A DNA stretch of 64,000 nt from Nitrospirota bacterium (GTDB lineage Bacteria; Nitrospirota; JACRHJ01). The stretch covers positions 25,554-89,553 of the forward strand of contig CAVOSJ010000007.1 of assembly GCA_963698885.1 (NCBI GenBank). The letters run 5' to 3'. Below are positions 1-10,035 of the stretch, in pieces; the stretch's first letter is position 1, and each line of letters begins with the position of its first letter. Under the pieces are notes generated by a model. It saw nothing but the letters and a program-made list of their open reading frames with translations. It was not told the DNA's origin and ran no database searches. A program made the translations under genes and the position numbers.

Positions 1-107
1 ACAGCAAATTTCCTCATTTAACCTCTTTTTCTCTTTATTTTCCCGTTAATTAATAAAGCAGGACCCCCGCCTCCCTGGAACCCTGCCGTAAATACCTCAA
101 AACCTTT

Positions 108-188
108 GTTACCTTTTTGTAAAAAGGTAACGCCAAAAACTTTTTAAACTATACTGTTAACTCTCCTTTCTGCCGAAAGAAGAGTGCC
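108..188. repeat. Bipartite hairpin/mirror (triplex-type) intergenic repeat, copy 1 (unit A plus degenerate unit B)
   Basis: GTTACCTTTTT-GT-AAAAAGGTAAC-GCCAAAAACTTT at 108-143, followed by a degenerate second hairpin ACTCTCCTTTC-TGCC-GAAAGAAGAGT; lies just downstream of the mfd stop. Confidence 0.85.
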
Positions 189-203
189 ACTATATATAAC
201 ACG

Positions 204-3200
204 CTAAGCCAGTGCTTTCAAGATGTTTTTTATCTCGGTAAACTGCGATTCCCACCCCCCGGAGGGTTTCCTGATGAATACCGTATATTCCGGCACGTAC
301 CGCGCCCGCCCCTTATTTTTACCGAGGTAATCTATTAATTTTTCGGACGATATGTTCGTCCTTCTGGTAAAGGTTATCTTTATCTCCGACGGCAGGAGCT
401 GTATGCCCGCCGCCGAGAGCCTCCTGGCCAGGACCTTGACCTCCATGACCTGAAGAAGCCTCTTGACCGGCCCGGTAAGCTCCCCGTACCGGTCCTTCAG
501 CTCTTCTTTCAGGTCCGCCAGCTCATCCTCGGATTTCGCGCCCGTCAGCCTTTTGTATATCCCCAGCCTGTGAGCGGTGTCCGGGACGTAGCTCTCCGGG
601 ATGAACGCCGATACCTTCAGGTCGAGCGCCGGGTCGGTCTCTTCCGTAACCTCCTCGCCTTTCAGTTCCTTTACTGCCTGCTCCAGCATATGGGTATAGA
701 GCTCGAAACCCACGGCGGTGATGTTCCCGGACTGCTCCGCGCCCAGGATATTCCCCGCGCCCCGGATCTCCAGGTCGTGCAGGGCGAGTTTAAAGCCCGC
801 GCCCAGCTCGGACAGCTCCGAGAGCACCCGCAGGCGTTTCTGGGCCGTCTCCGTAAGCGCGTCCTCGCCCGGCACCAGGAGGTATGCGTACGCCCGCTGG
901 CTTGAGCGGCCCACCCTCCCCCGCAGCTGGTAGAGGTCGGCCAGGCCGAAGCGGTCCGCCCTGTCGATGATTATGGTATTGGCGGCAGGGATGTCCAGGC
1001 CGGATTCCACTATGGAGGTGGAAAGCAGGACGTTATGCTCACCCTTGATGAACTTGCTCATAACCTCTTCCAGGGCGTCCTCGCGCATCCTTCCGTGGGC
1101 GACCCCGATCTTCGCCTCCGGCACAATCTCTTTAAGGACGTTTCCGATGGCGAAGATGCTGTCGATGCGGTTATGCACGAAGAACACCTGCCCGCCCCGC
1201 GCCAGCTCCCGGCGTATCGCCTCCCGTATCACCGTCCTGTCGAACCTCGTAACAACTGTCTTGATGGACTGGCGGTCGGGCGGCGGGGTCTCTATGATGG
1301 ATAAGTCGCGTATCCCCGTAATCGAGAGGTTCAGGGTGCGGGGTATCGGCGTGGCGGTCAAAGTCAGGACGTCAACGGATTTACGCAGGGCCTTAAGCCG
1401 CTCCTTATGGGCCACGCCGAAGCGGTGTTCCTCGTCCACCACCACCAGCCCCAGGTCGTGAAACTCCACGTCCTTTTGCAGGAGGCGGTGCGTGCCGATA
1501 ACGATATCGACCGTGCCTTCGGTTATGCCGTTTTTAATTTCTTTTATTTTTTCCTTCGGCGTGAACCGCGATAATACCTCCACCCTTACCGGAAAAGCGG
1601 CCAGCCTCTGGGAGAACGTCTCGTGGTGCTGGCCGGCCAGGAGCGTGGTAGGCACAAGTACCGCCGCCTGCTTGCCGTCCAGGACCACCTTGAACGCAGC
1701 CCGGATCGCGACTTCCGTTTTGCCGTATCCCACGTCGCCGCATACCAGCCGGTCCATCGGGTGCGGCTCCATCAGGTCGTTTTTTACGTCTTCTATCGCC
1801 CGCGCCTGGTCCGGCGTCTCTTCGTATTCGAACGACGCCTCCATCTCCCGATACAGGTGGTCGTCGGCGCTGTAGGCAAAACCGGGGGCGACGGCGCGCG
1901 CGGCATAGAGGTTTAAAAGCTCCATGGCCATCTCCTGGACGGCCTTTTTCGCCCTTGCCTTCGCCCGCTCCCAGCCCGCCCCGCCGAGCTTTTCAAGGGC
2001 AGGCGCCGCGCCTTCGGAGCCTATATATTTCTGTACCTTCTGCAGCTCGTCCACCGGGACGTACAGCCTGTCCGCGCTGGAGTAAACCACTTCCAGGAAA
2101 TCGCCCTCCACCCCCATCAGCGTCAGGCGCTTGAGCCCCATGTACCTGCCGATGCCGTGGTCGATGTGGACGACGTAGTCGCCTGTCTTAAGCTCGGAGA
2201 GCGAGGTCAAAAACCTCTCGACCTTAGCCCTCGGGGCGGGCGCGCGTTTGGGTTTTTCACCGAAGATCTCGGTGGAGGTTATAAACGCCAGGCCTGATGC
2301 CCGAGGCCGGTCTACCGGCTCCATAAGGAAACCGGACCCAAGGTTGCCCGGAGATATCCTCACCTGGCCCGCGTCTGATTCCAGGTGAAGCGCGGGCGGG
2401 CCCATCACCGCGGGTATTCCGTATTCGGCGAATATCTCCCTGAGCCGCTCGGCCTGGCCAGCCGTGGTAGGCACGACATTCACCGCCCGGCCTCTTAGAA
2501 GATTTTTTAAATTACGGCAGAAAATTGAAATCGGCGTCTTGGGCAGGTCTTCCGGCCAGGGAGTGGGCACGCTCTCCCGCAGCCTCAGGCCCTCGATGGA
2601 ACGGGTATGATATTCAAGCGGTATTACGTCCTTTGCGCGGGGCGCGAGCGGCAGGGACTCCGCATATACGAACGGCAGACGCCCGGTCAACCCCGCAAGC
2701 TCGTCCGCACTGAGGTAGATCGCCTCCGGACGCGGAATGGCCCGGACAGCCTCGGTTTTGTCCGCCTCCTCGTATGATAAAAAAACACGCCCCTCGAACT
2801 CCCGTGCGTGGGAGAATACCCGCTCCGGCTCGTCGATGAACAGCACGGGCGGCTCCGGGAAGTAATCGATAATGGTAGCCATCGGCGCCCGCCCCGGCCC
2901 TTCCGGCCTCCGTCTCCCTGGCAGGTATCGCTTCGATTTCTTCGAGTTCGGCGGTCGAACGCTGGGTGTCCGGGTCGAACTCCCGGACTGATTCTATGGT
3001 ATCCCCGAAAAACTCTACCCGTGCGGGCGCGCTGCTCCCCGGAGGGTAGAGGTCCATTATCCCGCCCCGGACAGAGAACTCTCCCGGCTCATATACCATC
3101 GACACCCGTGAATATCCGAGCTTCACCAGCGTTTCAAGAAGCGTCTCGCGCGGATAATCCCGGCCTTTGGCCAGGTGGAGGATTTTTTGCGGGGACAAAA

Positions 3201-3597
3201 GCGACGACGGCTTTGGAAGCCTCTGCATGATTGCCGCCGCCGGGGCGATTATCACGCGCGCATTGCCGGAATTAACGTCCCTCAATACGCGCAGTCTTTG
3301 GGCGACGCATTCAGGGTCCGGGTCCATAATGTCATAAGGCAGGACGTCCCAGGGAGGGAATAAAAAGGCGGCGGGGCCGTCCTGGGAGAGGTTATTGGCG
3401 AAATAGAGGTAGTCGGACAGGAGGCTGTCAGCCTCCTTGACGGTAGCCGCAAGCGCGAGGATAGGCTTCCCAAGCCCCCTTGCAAGCTCCCAAAGAAAGA
3501 GGGCCTTGGATGCGCCCCAAAGCCCGCCCGCCGCCGCCTTCCCCCCAGCGGTCAGCGCGTCTTGCGCCTGTTTAAAAATCGGGGAAGAATTATCCAT
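204..3597 (-). CDS. mfd: Transcription-repair coupling factor Mfd, split by a probable indel near 2880-2910
   Basis: ORF 2614..3672 gives the UvrB-like N-terminus (PGEFSVRGGIMD; probable ATG at 3597). ORF 204..2882 gives the RID domain (GDYVVHIDHGIG), helicase motifs (GDVGYGKT, DEEH, QLRGRVGR) and TRCF domain. Confidence 0.95.
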
Positions 3598-3642
3598 CAG
3601 GTTGTTTATTATGATACCCGGAACTCGGGACATTAAAAACTT

Positions 3643-3680
3643 GTTACCTTTTTGGTAAAAAGGTAACGCCAAAAACTTTT
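3643..3680. repeat. Triplex-type repeat, copy 2 (unit A only)
   Basis: GTTACCTTTTT-GGT-AAAAAGGTAAC-GCCAAAAACTTTT; the tail overlaps the inferred stop of the upstream minus-strand gene. Confidence 0.9.
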
Positions 3681-4231
3681 AGACGCTTATCGGGCCGTTC
3701 GCGTGCCACATCTGGAAGAGGTTCATAAATCCCGCCATGCCTATTATAATTATCAGCAGGGCCAGGACAAGGAAAACAAACAGCATCGGGAATATCACCA
3801 CCACTACAGACCTGGCCGTGGAGAGCTTGTGTACCCGCTCCGTTACGATTACCGCGACGGGTATCGTCCAGAGGCATTAAGATGGAGCCAAGGAAGGGCA
3901 CTATGGCGGCCCATGTCGGCATGCACCCGACGCCCAACGCGCCGTAATAGCTCCTGTAGCTCCCCGTCCCGCCCAGGATTTTCGCGATTATAAAAAATAT
4001 GAAGACGTGGACGAATGACATCAGGACGATGACTATCGGCCAGAATATTATCGCCGGAGCGCCAAAGCCGAAACTGTGAAACGTTACCCCGATGCCCCTG
4101 GCCAGCCCGGCGATGGCGACGAAAAGCATCCCGGCGTTGAAGGCGTCCGGGTCCTCGGCCAGCTCGTCCGCCGCCGGACGGGACAGCTTTATTAGTTCAA
4201 TCCCCTTTGCAAGATAGCCGCGAAAGTCCAT
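3679..4231 (-). CDS. Yip1-like multi-pass membrane protein, probable frameshift near 3875
   Basis: Hydrophobic helices with an AKILGGTGSY motif; the hydrophobic C-terminus continues in another frame and ends ...FMNLFQMWHANGPISV-stop at 3679. Confidence 0.6.
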
Positions 4232-4242
4232 TTAAACCCTTT

Positions 4243-4339
4243 GTTACTTTTCTTTCGGGAAAGAAAAGTAACCAAAAGAAAGCTGGGCCAAAGGCCAGTT
4301 TAAAAGTTTTTGGTGTTACCTTTTTCCCAAAAAGGTAAC
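4243..4339. repeat. Triplex-type repeat, copy 3 (unit B then inverted unit A)
   Basis: GTTACTTTTCTTTC-GG-GAAAGAAAAGTAAC-CAAAAGAAAGC ... AAAAGTTTTTGGT-GTTACCTTTTT-CCC-AAAAAGGTAAC. Confidence 0.9.
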
Positions 4340-4343
4340 GGTC

Positions 4344-4830
4344 TTACGCCTTCCCGTATTTTTCCAGTATGCGCTCGATAATGCCCGTCGTCGATGCGCC
4401 CTCTATGTACGGTATAGAGTATACCTTGCCGCCGCCGGTCTCGACAATGTCTCTGCCGACTATTTCCTCCACGGCCCAGTCCCCGCCCTTTACCAGTACG
4501 TCCGGCATAAGCTCGGCTATCACCCGGCCCGGGTCCCCCTCCTCGAATACCGTGACGTAGTCCACCACCGCGAGCGAGGCCAGCATCTCCGCGCGCTCCG
4601 CCTGCGGCATGATGGGGCGCTTATCTCCCTTTATCATCCTTACGGAGTCGTCGGAGTTCACCGCCACAATCAAGTATGTCCCCGTAGCTCTTCGCCATCT
4701 GGAGGTAGCGGGAGTGCCCGGTGTGCAGGATATCGAAGCAGCCGTTGGTGAAGACAATTTTCTTCCCCGCAGCCTTCAAGTCCTCGACTATCTCGCGCAG
4801 TTCGTCATGGTTTTTAACTTTTCGCATCAT
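4344..4830 (-). CDS. rfaE2: D-glycero-beta-D-manno-heptose 1-phosphate adenylyltransferase (RfaE domain II), frameshifted near 4680
   Basis: [16 protein letters not shown] in ORF 4621..4830; [22 protein letters not shown] and [11 protein letters not shown] in ORF 4344..4757. Confidence 0.9.
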
Positions 4831-4845
4831 GATGTGTACCTCAAA

Positions 4846-5151
4846 TTACGACCCGAAAAAGAACCGGTCCAGCGGCAGGTCGGGGCCGCTTAAGTATTCG
4901 TCGCGGCAGGCGCGGCAGAGGAAGAATATCATCTGGGTATGCACCTCCTGCTCCAACTCTGTCTCGTCTTTTCCCTCGATGACCTTCAGCAGGTGGTCAA
5001 GCTCCTTCTCCAGTTCCTCGACCGTCTCGATCTCGCCGTCGGTGGACGCATTCACGCGCACGTCCACCTTGTAGCGCACCGAGCCGTTCGGGAAAACAAC
5101 CCCGCATCTGTAGCAGCGGCCCGGGCCGCCCAGTTCAGCGCACATATTCAT
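4846..5151 (-). CDS. Small hypothetical protein with two CxxC pairs (putative Zn-binding)
   Basis: CYRC ... CRAC flanking an acidic helix; tightly packed in the operon. Confidence 0.65.
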   Translation of the reverse strand: MNMCAELGGPGRCYRCGVVFPNGSVRYKVDVRVNASTDGEIETVEELEKELDHLLKVIEGKDETELEQEVHTQMIFFLCRACRDEYLSGPDLPLDRFFFGS

Positions 5152-5154
5152 TCC

Positions 5155-6166
5155 TTAACCCCTCGCCTTCGGGAGAGGCGGGGTGTCCTCCAGCACCGCC
5201 CCGGCCAGCAGGGGGAACATTATCTCGTGGTGTCCGGTCAGGCTGTACCCCTTCCCGCCCTTCATGGTGGGCCGGCGGACGACGTTCGTGTTCGGGCGGT
5301 AAGACTGTATGAAGTCCATGTTCACAGTGGTGATTTTACTTAACGGGCTTCCCAGGTTCCGGGCGAGCGTCACGGCCTTCAGGAACGCTTCCGGGAGGAT
5401 AATGGCGGAGCCCAGGTTGATATACACCCCGCCCTCCATCGACGCCACCACGGAGCAGAATGTCCTGAAGTCCCGGAGGCTGCCTTCGCCTGTGGCCGCG
5501 CCGTCGCACGACGGATGCATGTGGATAATATCCGTCCCGATGGCGACATGCACCATTGCCGGGACTTTAAGCCTGTGGGCCGCCGCGAGCAGGCTCTTCT
5601 CCGGAAATTTGAAACTTATACCCCTGCCAGTCGCTCCCGAAGTGGCCTTCTCCGTAAGGGTGAATCCCTCCGCGATGGCCTTCCCGACCGACGCGCCGAG
5701 GCCAAGACCCTCAGCCGACTCCCTTGACGATGGCCGCGTTTATATAGCCGCCCGTCTCCTCGGCCATCCCGAAGGTGCCTGTGCCAATCTCGGCGTCAAC
5801 GTCCTCGGAAGTTTGACCCTGGTACGCCATCTCGAAGTCATGCACGAGGCAGGCCCCGTTCATGGCCAGCGCGTTGATGACTCCCTTCTCCATCAGGTCT
5901 ATTATAACAGGCGTGAGGCCAACCTTTATAACGTGCGCCCCCATCCCGAGGATTACCGTCTTCCCGCCGCGTTTCGCGTCGGCTATGGAACGCGCGACGG
6001 CCTTTAAATCCTTTGCCCCGAGTATCTCCGGCAGGCTGTCCAGGAAACCGGCAAAACTTATGCCGGGAGCGAGTGCTTTCGCGGAAAAAGACGCCTCCAC
6101 CTTGCTCTTCCGGCTGGAGAGGCTGTAGGTCTTTAGTCTCGTGAAATCGAGCGGTTTGAACTTCAA
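5155..6166 (-). CDS. Deoxyhypusine-synthase-like conserved protein, frameshifted near 5710
   Basis: ORF 5711..6166 (VILGMGAHVIKVG, AMNGACLVHDFE, GTFGMAEETG) and ORF 5155..5556 (VHVAIGTDIIHMHP, NLGSAIILPE, GHHEIMFPLL) read as halves of one protein. Confidence 0.65.
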
Positions 6167-6756
6167 TTGGCCCCCCGGCTGTTTCCGAAGAGGCGCTCGT
6201 CAACTAACTGGCAGATTACGTGCCCGAGCGTGATATGAGTCTCCTGTACCCTGGGCGTATCCGGCGTCGGAACCACGAATACCAGTTCCGCAACCGTGGC
6301 GAGCTTGCCGCCTTTGTTCTTCCCGCCGGTAAAGGCGATGGTCTTGATCCCCATGTCTTTGGCCGCGGATATGGCCTTGACTACATTGGGCGAGTTGCCG
6401 GAGGTGGATATCCCTATTGCCACGTCCCCCTCCTGGCCCAGCGCTTTTAACTGCTTCACGAATATCTCGGAGTAGTCGTAGTCGTTCGATATGCTGGTCA
6501 AAACGGCAATGTCGGTATTAAGCGCGATTGCGGGCAGGCCGGGGCGCTCCAGCAGGAAGCGGTTCACGAATTCCCCGGCGATATGGGAAGCGTCCGTCGC
6601 GCTGCCCCCGTTCCCGAACAGGAGCACCTTGTTCCCGCGCGTAAAGCACGCCGCGACCTGTTCCACCGCCTCCTGTATGGCCTCGACATTCTCGCTTGCG
6701 AACTTCATCTTTACCTTTGCCGATTCCTCGAAAATCCGCAGGATGTCTTCTTTCAT
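6163..6756 (-). CDS. gmhA: D-sedoheptulose-7-phosphate isomerase
   Basis: FGNGGSATDASH, SNDY, ISTSGNSPN, RVQETH motifs. Confidence 0.95.
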   Translation of the reverse strand: MKEDILRIFEESAKVKMKFASENVEAIQEAVEQVAACFTRGNKVLLFGNGGSATDASHIAGEFVNRFLLERPGLPAIALNTDIAVLTSISNDYDYSEIFVKQLKALGQEGDVAIGISTSGNSPNVVKAISAAKDMGIKTIAFTGGKNKGGKLATVAELVFVVPTPDTPRVQETHITLGHVICQLVDERLFGNSRGAN

Positions 6757-6882
6757 CGGACCCTCTTTAGGTTTATTGTAAAAAAACGCTTTAGTTTACT
6801 CCTGGTAGCCCTCGATTGTCAATGAAAACATAAGAATTTTCTTGCGTTACTAAGGACTTGCGCGTAAACTTTTAGTCCATAA

Positions 6883-7153
6883 ATGAGACTCGACATATTC
6901 CTTAAGATTAGTCGGCTGATAAAGCGCAGGAGCGTCGCCAAGGAGCTTTGCGACCGGGGAAGGGTAGAGGTCGGGGGCGCGCCCGCCAAGGCCGGGCGGG
7001 AGATTAAGGCCGGGGACGTACTTACGATTGCGCTGCCCAGGAGAAAGCTTACCGTCGAGGTAAGTGGAAATCCCTTCCGGCAACGTCGCCAAAGAGAAGG
7101 CGGCAGGGTTGTACATGGTAATCGAGGACTTGCGTGTAGAGGAGGAGTTTTAG
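6883..7153 (+). CDS. RNA-binding S4 domain protein (Hsp15/YabO-like), probable indel near 7068
   Basis: MRLDIFLKISRLIKRRSVAKELCDRGRV; after the shift it continues PSGNVAKEKAAGLY...EEEF-stop at 7153. Confidence 0.85.
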
Positions 7154-7156
7154 ATT

Positions 7157-8188
7157 ATGGAACTGGCCCTTAAAGAGCGGGACTCGCGTCCGCTTCTTGC
7201 AATTACGATGGGAGACCCGGCTGGCGTCGGCCCGGAGATAATACTGAAGGCCCTGAACGTGAAGGCGGTAGTCGACTGTTGCCGTCCGGTTATCGTGGGC
7301 AGCATGAAGGCGCTGGAGGAGGCAAAGACGCCGCTCCCGATGGGCACGCAGAGGGGGCTTCTTGCCGTTAGTGAACCGCTACATGAGGCGCCGTCCGGCG
7401 TCGTGGAAGTGGTGGACGTGGACTCGGACTTGAACTTGAACCTTCCGGCGCTCCCCCCTGGAAAGCCGACGGCTGAAGCTGGGCATATTTCCGTGGCCTG
7501 CATAAAAAAGGCTGTACAGTTGGCGCTTGATAAAAAAGTTGACGCCGTGGTTACCGCCCCCATAACTAAAGAGACCCTCAAAATGGCGGGATACCCGTAC
7601 CCGGGGCATACGGAACTCCTGGCGGAGCTGACCGGGGCGAAGGAATACTCCATGCTGCTGACTGGCGGGGGACTGCGGGTCGTCTTAGTGACGATACACG
7701 TGGCCCTGAGGGACGTGGCGGGCCTGATCAAAAAAGAGGGGGTATTAAGGGCCATTCGACACGCGGACAAGGCGTGCCGGATGATGGGCATATCGGAGCC
7801 GAAAGTGGCCGTCTGCGGACTGAACCCCCATGCCGGGGAGTCGGGGCTTTTCGGGGACGAGGAGATAAAGGAAATCAGCCCCGCCTGCCGGGAAGCCAGG
7901 GAGGCCGGCATAAAGGTATTCGGGCCGCTGCCCGCGGATACGCTCTTCCACCGCGCGCTGAACCACGATTTCGACGCGGTCGTGGCAATGTATCACGACC
8001 AGGGGCTGGGGCCGCTCAAGATGCTTGCGTTCGGCCACGCGGTGAACGTTACCCTGGGCCTCCCGATTATCAGGACGTCGGTAGACCACGGCACCGCGTA
8101 TGACATAGCGGGCAAGGGGATAGCCAATCCGGACAGCCTGGTCGAGGCTATAAAGCTCGCGGCGCTTATGGCGGGTAAGAGGGGATAA
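7157..8188 (+). CDS. pdxA: 4-hydroxythreonine-4-phosphate dehydrogenase
   Basis: ITMGDPAGVGPE, GHTE, GLNPHAGE, AMYHDQGL, RTSVDHGTA. Confidence 0.95.
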   Translation: MELALKERDSRPLLAITMGDPAGVGPEIILKALNVKAVVDCCRPVIVGSMKALEEAKTPLPMGTQRGLLAVSEPLHEAPSGVVEVVDVDSDLNLNLPALPPGKPTAEAGHISVACIKKAVQLALDKKVDAVVTAPITKETLKMAGYPYPGHTELLAELTGAKEYSMLLTGGGLRVVLVTIHVALRDVAGLIKKEGVLRAIRHADKACRMMGISEPKVAVCGLNPHAGESGLFGDEEIKEISPACREAREAGIKVFGPLPADTLFHRALNHDFDAVVAMYHDQGLGPLKMLAFGHAVNVTLGLPIIRTSVDHGTAYDIAGKGIANPDSLVEAIKLAALMAGKRG

Positions 8189-8194
8189 ACCTTT

Positions 8195-8294
8195 GTTACC
8201 TTTTTGGAAAAAGGTAACGCCAAAAACTTTTGGACGTTTTTAACCCCCGCTTTTCTTTGTGTTACTTTCTCTTTCTCGCGAAAGAGGAAGTAAC
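8195..8294. repeat. Triplex-type repeat, copy 4 (unit A then inverted unit B)
   Basis: GTTACCTTTTT-GG-AAAAAGGTAAC-GCCAAAAACTTTT ... GCTTTTCTTTGT-GTTACTTTCTCTTTC-TCGC-GAAAGAGGAAGTAAC; begins a few nt after the pdxA stop. Confidence 0.9.
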
Positions 8295-8321
8295 GGTTTA
8301 AGCACTTGGGAGGTTTTAGCC

Positions 8322-8736
8322 ATGCCGATAGAATGGACGCAGGACCTCGCGGTAGGTGTTAAAATTATCGACGAGCAGCACAAGGAGATATTCAGGCGGG
8401 TTGACGCGCTCCTGGAGGCGTGCAAGGCCGGGAAAGGGGAAGGACGCCGTCGGAGGGATGCTGACTTTTCTGGAAGACTACATCGTGGAGCATTTCGCGG
8501 CTGAAGAGGCCATCCAGATGCAGTACGCCTATCCAGGCTATAAGACGCATAAGCAGGAGCACGAGCGGTTTATCCAGTCCGTAGATGAACTGAAAAAGAA
8601 ATTCGAGAAGGAGGGGCCGTCGTTGATGACGGTTTTAGAGACGAACAGGACGGTGGTGGACTGGCTGGTGAAGCATATCAAAAAAGTCGACATGGACCTC
8701 GGGGCGTACCTGAAGCTCTCTAAAATGAAAGATTGA
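8322..8736 (+). CDS. Bacteriohemerythrin, frameshift near 8435
   Basis: MPIEWTQDLAVGVKIIDEQHK, then EHFAAEE, HKQEH and WLVKHIKKVD iron-ligand motifs; GGGAGG RBS. Confidence 0.9.
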
Positions 8737-8747
8737 CGGAGGTTGCC

Positions 8748-9134
8748 ATGACTTACCACATATCGAAAAAAATTAAGATATCTTACGAAGAAGCGCTCGC
8801 GAAGGTGGCCGAGGAGCTTAAGAAGGAAGGCTTCGGGATACTGACGGAGATAGACGTTAAAGAGACGCTGAAGAAGAAGCTGGACGTGGACTTCCACAGG
8901 TACAAAATACTGGGCGCGTGCAACCCGTCCTTTGCTTACAAGGCGCTCACGCTGGAGGACAAGATAGGGACCATGCTCCCCTGCAACGTTATCGTGCAGG
9001 AGCTGTCCGGCGGAGGAGTAGAGGTATCCGCGGTAGACCCTATAGCCTCGATGATGGCCATAGATAATCCGGCCCTGGGCGACGTGGCATTGGCGGTGCG
9101 GGATAAGCTGGCGAAGGTAATTGAAAATATATAA
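8748..9134 (+). CDS. DUF302 family protein
   Basis: GFGILTEIDV, YKILGACNP, IGTMLPCNV motifs; GGAGG RBS. Confidence 0.85.
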   Translation: MTYHISKKIKISYEEALAKVAEELKKEGFGILTEIDVKETLKKKLDVDFHRYKILGACNPSFAYKALTLEDKIGTMLPCNVIVQELSGGGVEVSAVDPIASMMAIDNPALGDVALAVRDKLAKVIENI

Positions 9135-9139
9135 TTTAA

Positions 9140-9961
9140 ATGCAGAATATAAATAAGATCCTTCCCAAAAAATCCCTCGGCCAGAACTTTTTAGTAGATG
9201 AGAATATCATCTCCCGCATTATCCAGGCCGCGCAGGCGACGAAGGACGACACGGTAATCGAGATAGGCCCCGGCATGGGCGCCATGACGAAAGACCTTGC
9301 CGATGCGGCGGGTAAAGTAATCGCGATCGAACTGGACGAGCGGCTTTTCCGCAAGCTTAAAGCAGAACTTAAAGATACGGGGAACCTCGACCTGGTCCTG
9401 GGAGACGCATTGACGTTCCCTTATGAGTCATTGCCCGGCCCGGTCAAGGTGGTAGCGAACCTCCCGTACTATATCTCCACGCCCATCATCACCAGGCTTA
9501 TAGAGGCGCGCGAGAAGATCTCGGAAATGGTCCTGATGCTTCAGAAAGAGGTCGCCCAGCGCATAACCGCATCGCCGGGCGGGAAGGAATACGGTTACCT
9601 GTCCGTGATGGTGCAGCTCTGGACGGAGGCCGTAAATTTATTTAACGTGCCCAAGGAGGCGTTTACGCCAGTCCCGAAGGTGGACTCGGCCGTGGTGCGC
9701 CTGAGGGTGCGAGAGACGCCCGCAGTGAGGGTTTCGGACCTGGTTTTTTTTGAAAAAGTGGTCAGCGCGGCCTTTTCCCAGCGCAGGAAGACGCTAAGAA
9801 ATTCGCTTAAAAATAGCAGGGTTACCGAGCCTTCGAGGTTCGAGGCCGCGATGGAGCTTGCCTATAAATCCGGAATAGACCCTATGCGGCGCGCGGAGAC
9901 TCTATCATTGTCCGAATTCGCCAGTTTAGCCGAAATTTTGTTTGAAAACCGGAGCTTATAA
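9140..9961 (+). CDS. rsmA: 16S rRNA m6,2A1518/1519 dimethyltransferase
   Basis: KKSLGQNFL, IEIGPGMG, VANLPY, QRRKTL. Confidence 0.95.
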   Translation: MQNINKILPKKSLGQNFLVDENIISRIIQAAQATKDDTVIEIGPGMGAMTKDLADAAGKVIAIELDERLFRKLKAELKDTGNLDLVLGDALTFPYESLPGPVKVVANLPYYISTPIITRLIEAREKISEMVLMLQKEVAQRITASPGGKEYGYLSVMVQLWTEAVNLFNVPKEAFTPVPKVDSAVVRLRVRETPAVRVSDLVFFEKVVSAAFSQRRKTLRNSLKNSRVTEPSRFEAAMELAYKSGIDPMRRAETLSLSEFASLAEILFENRSL

Positions 9962-10035
9962 TGCTATATTAAATTTATTGCTATGCAAGGCGGACGAAAG
10001 TCCGCTTTTTTTCATATTGGAGGACCCCGCCCGCC

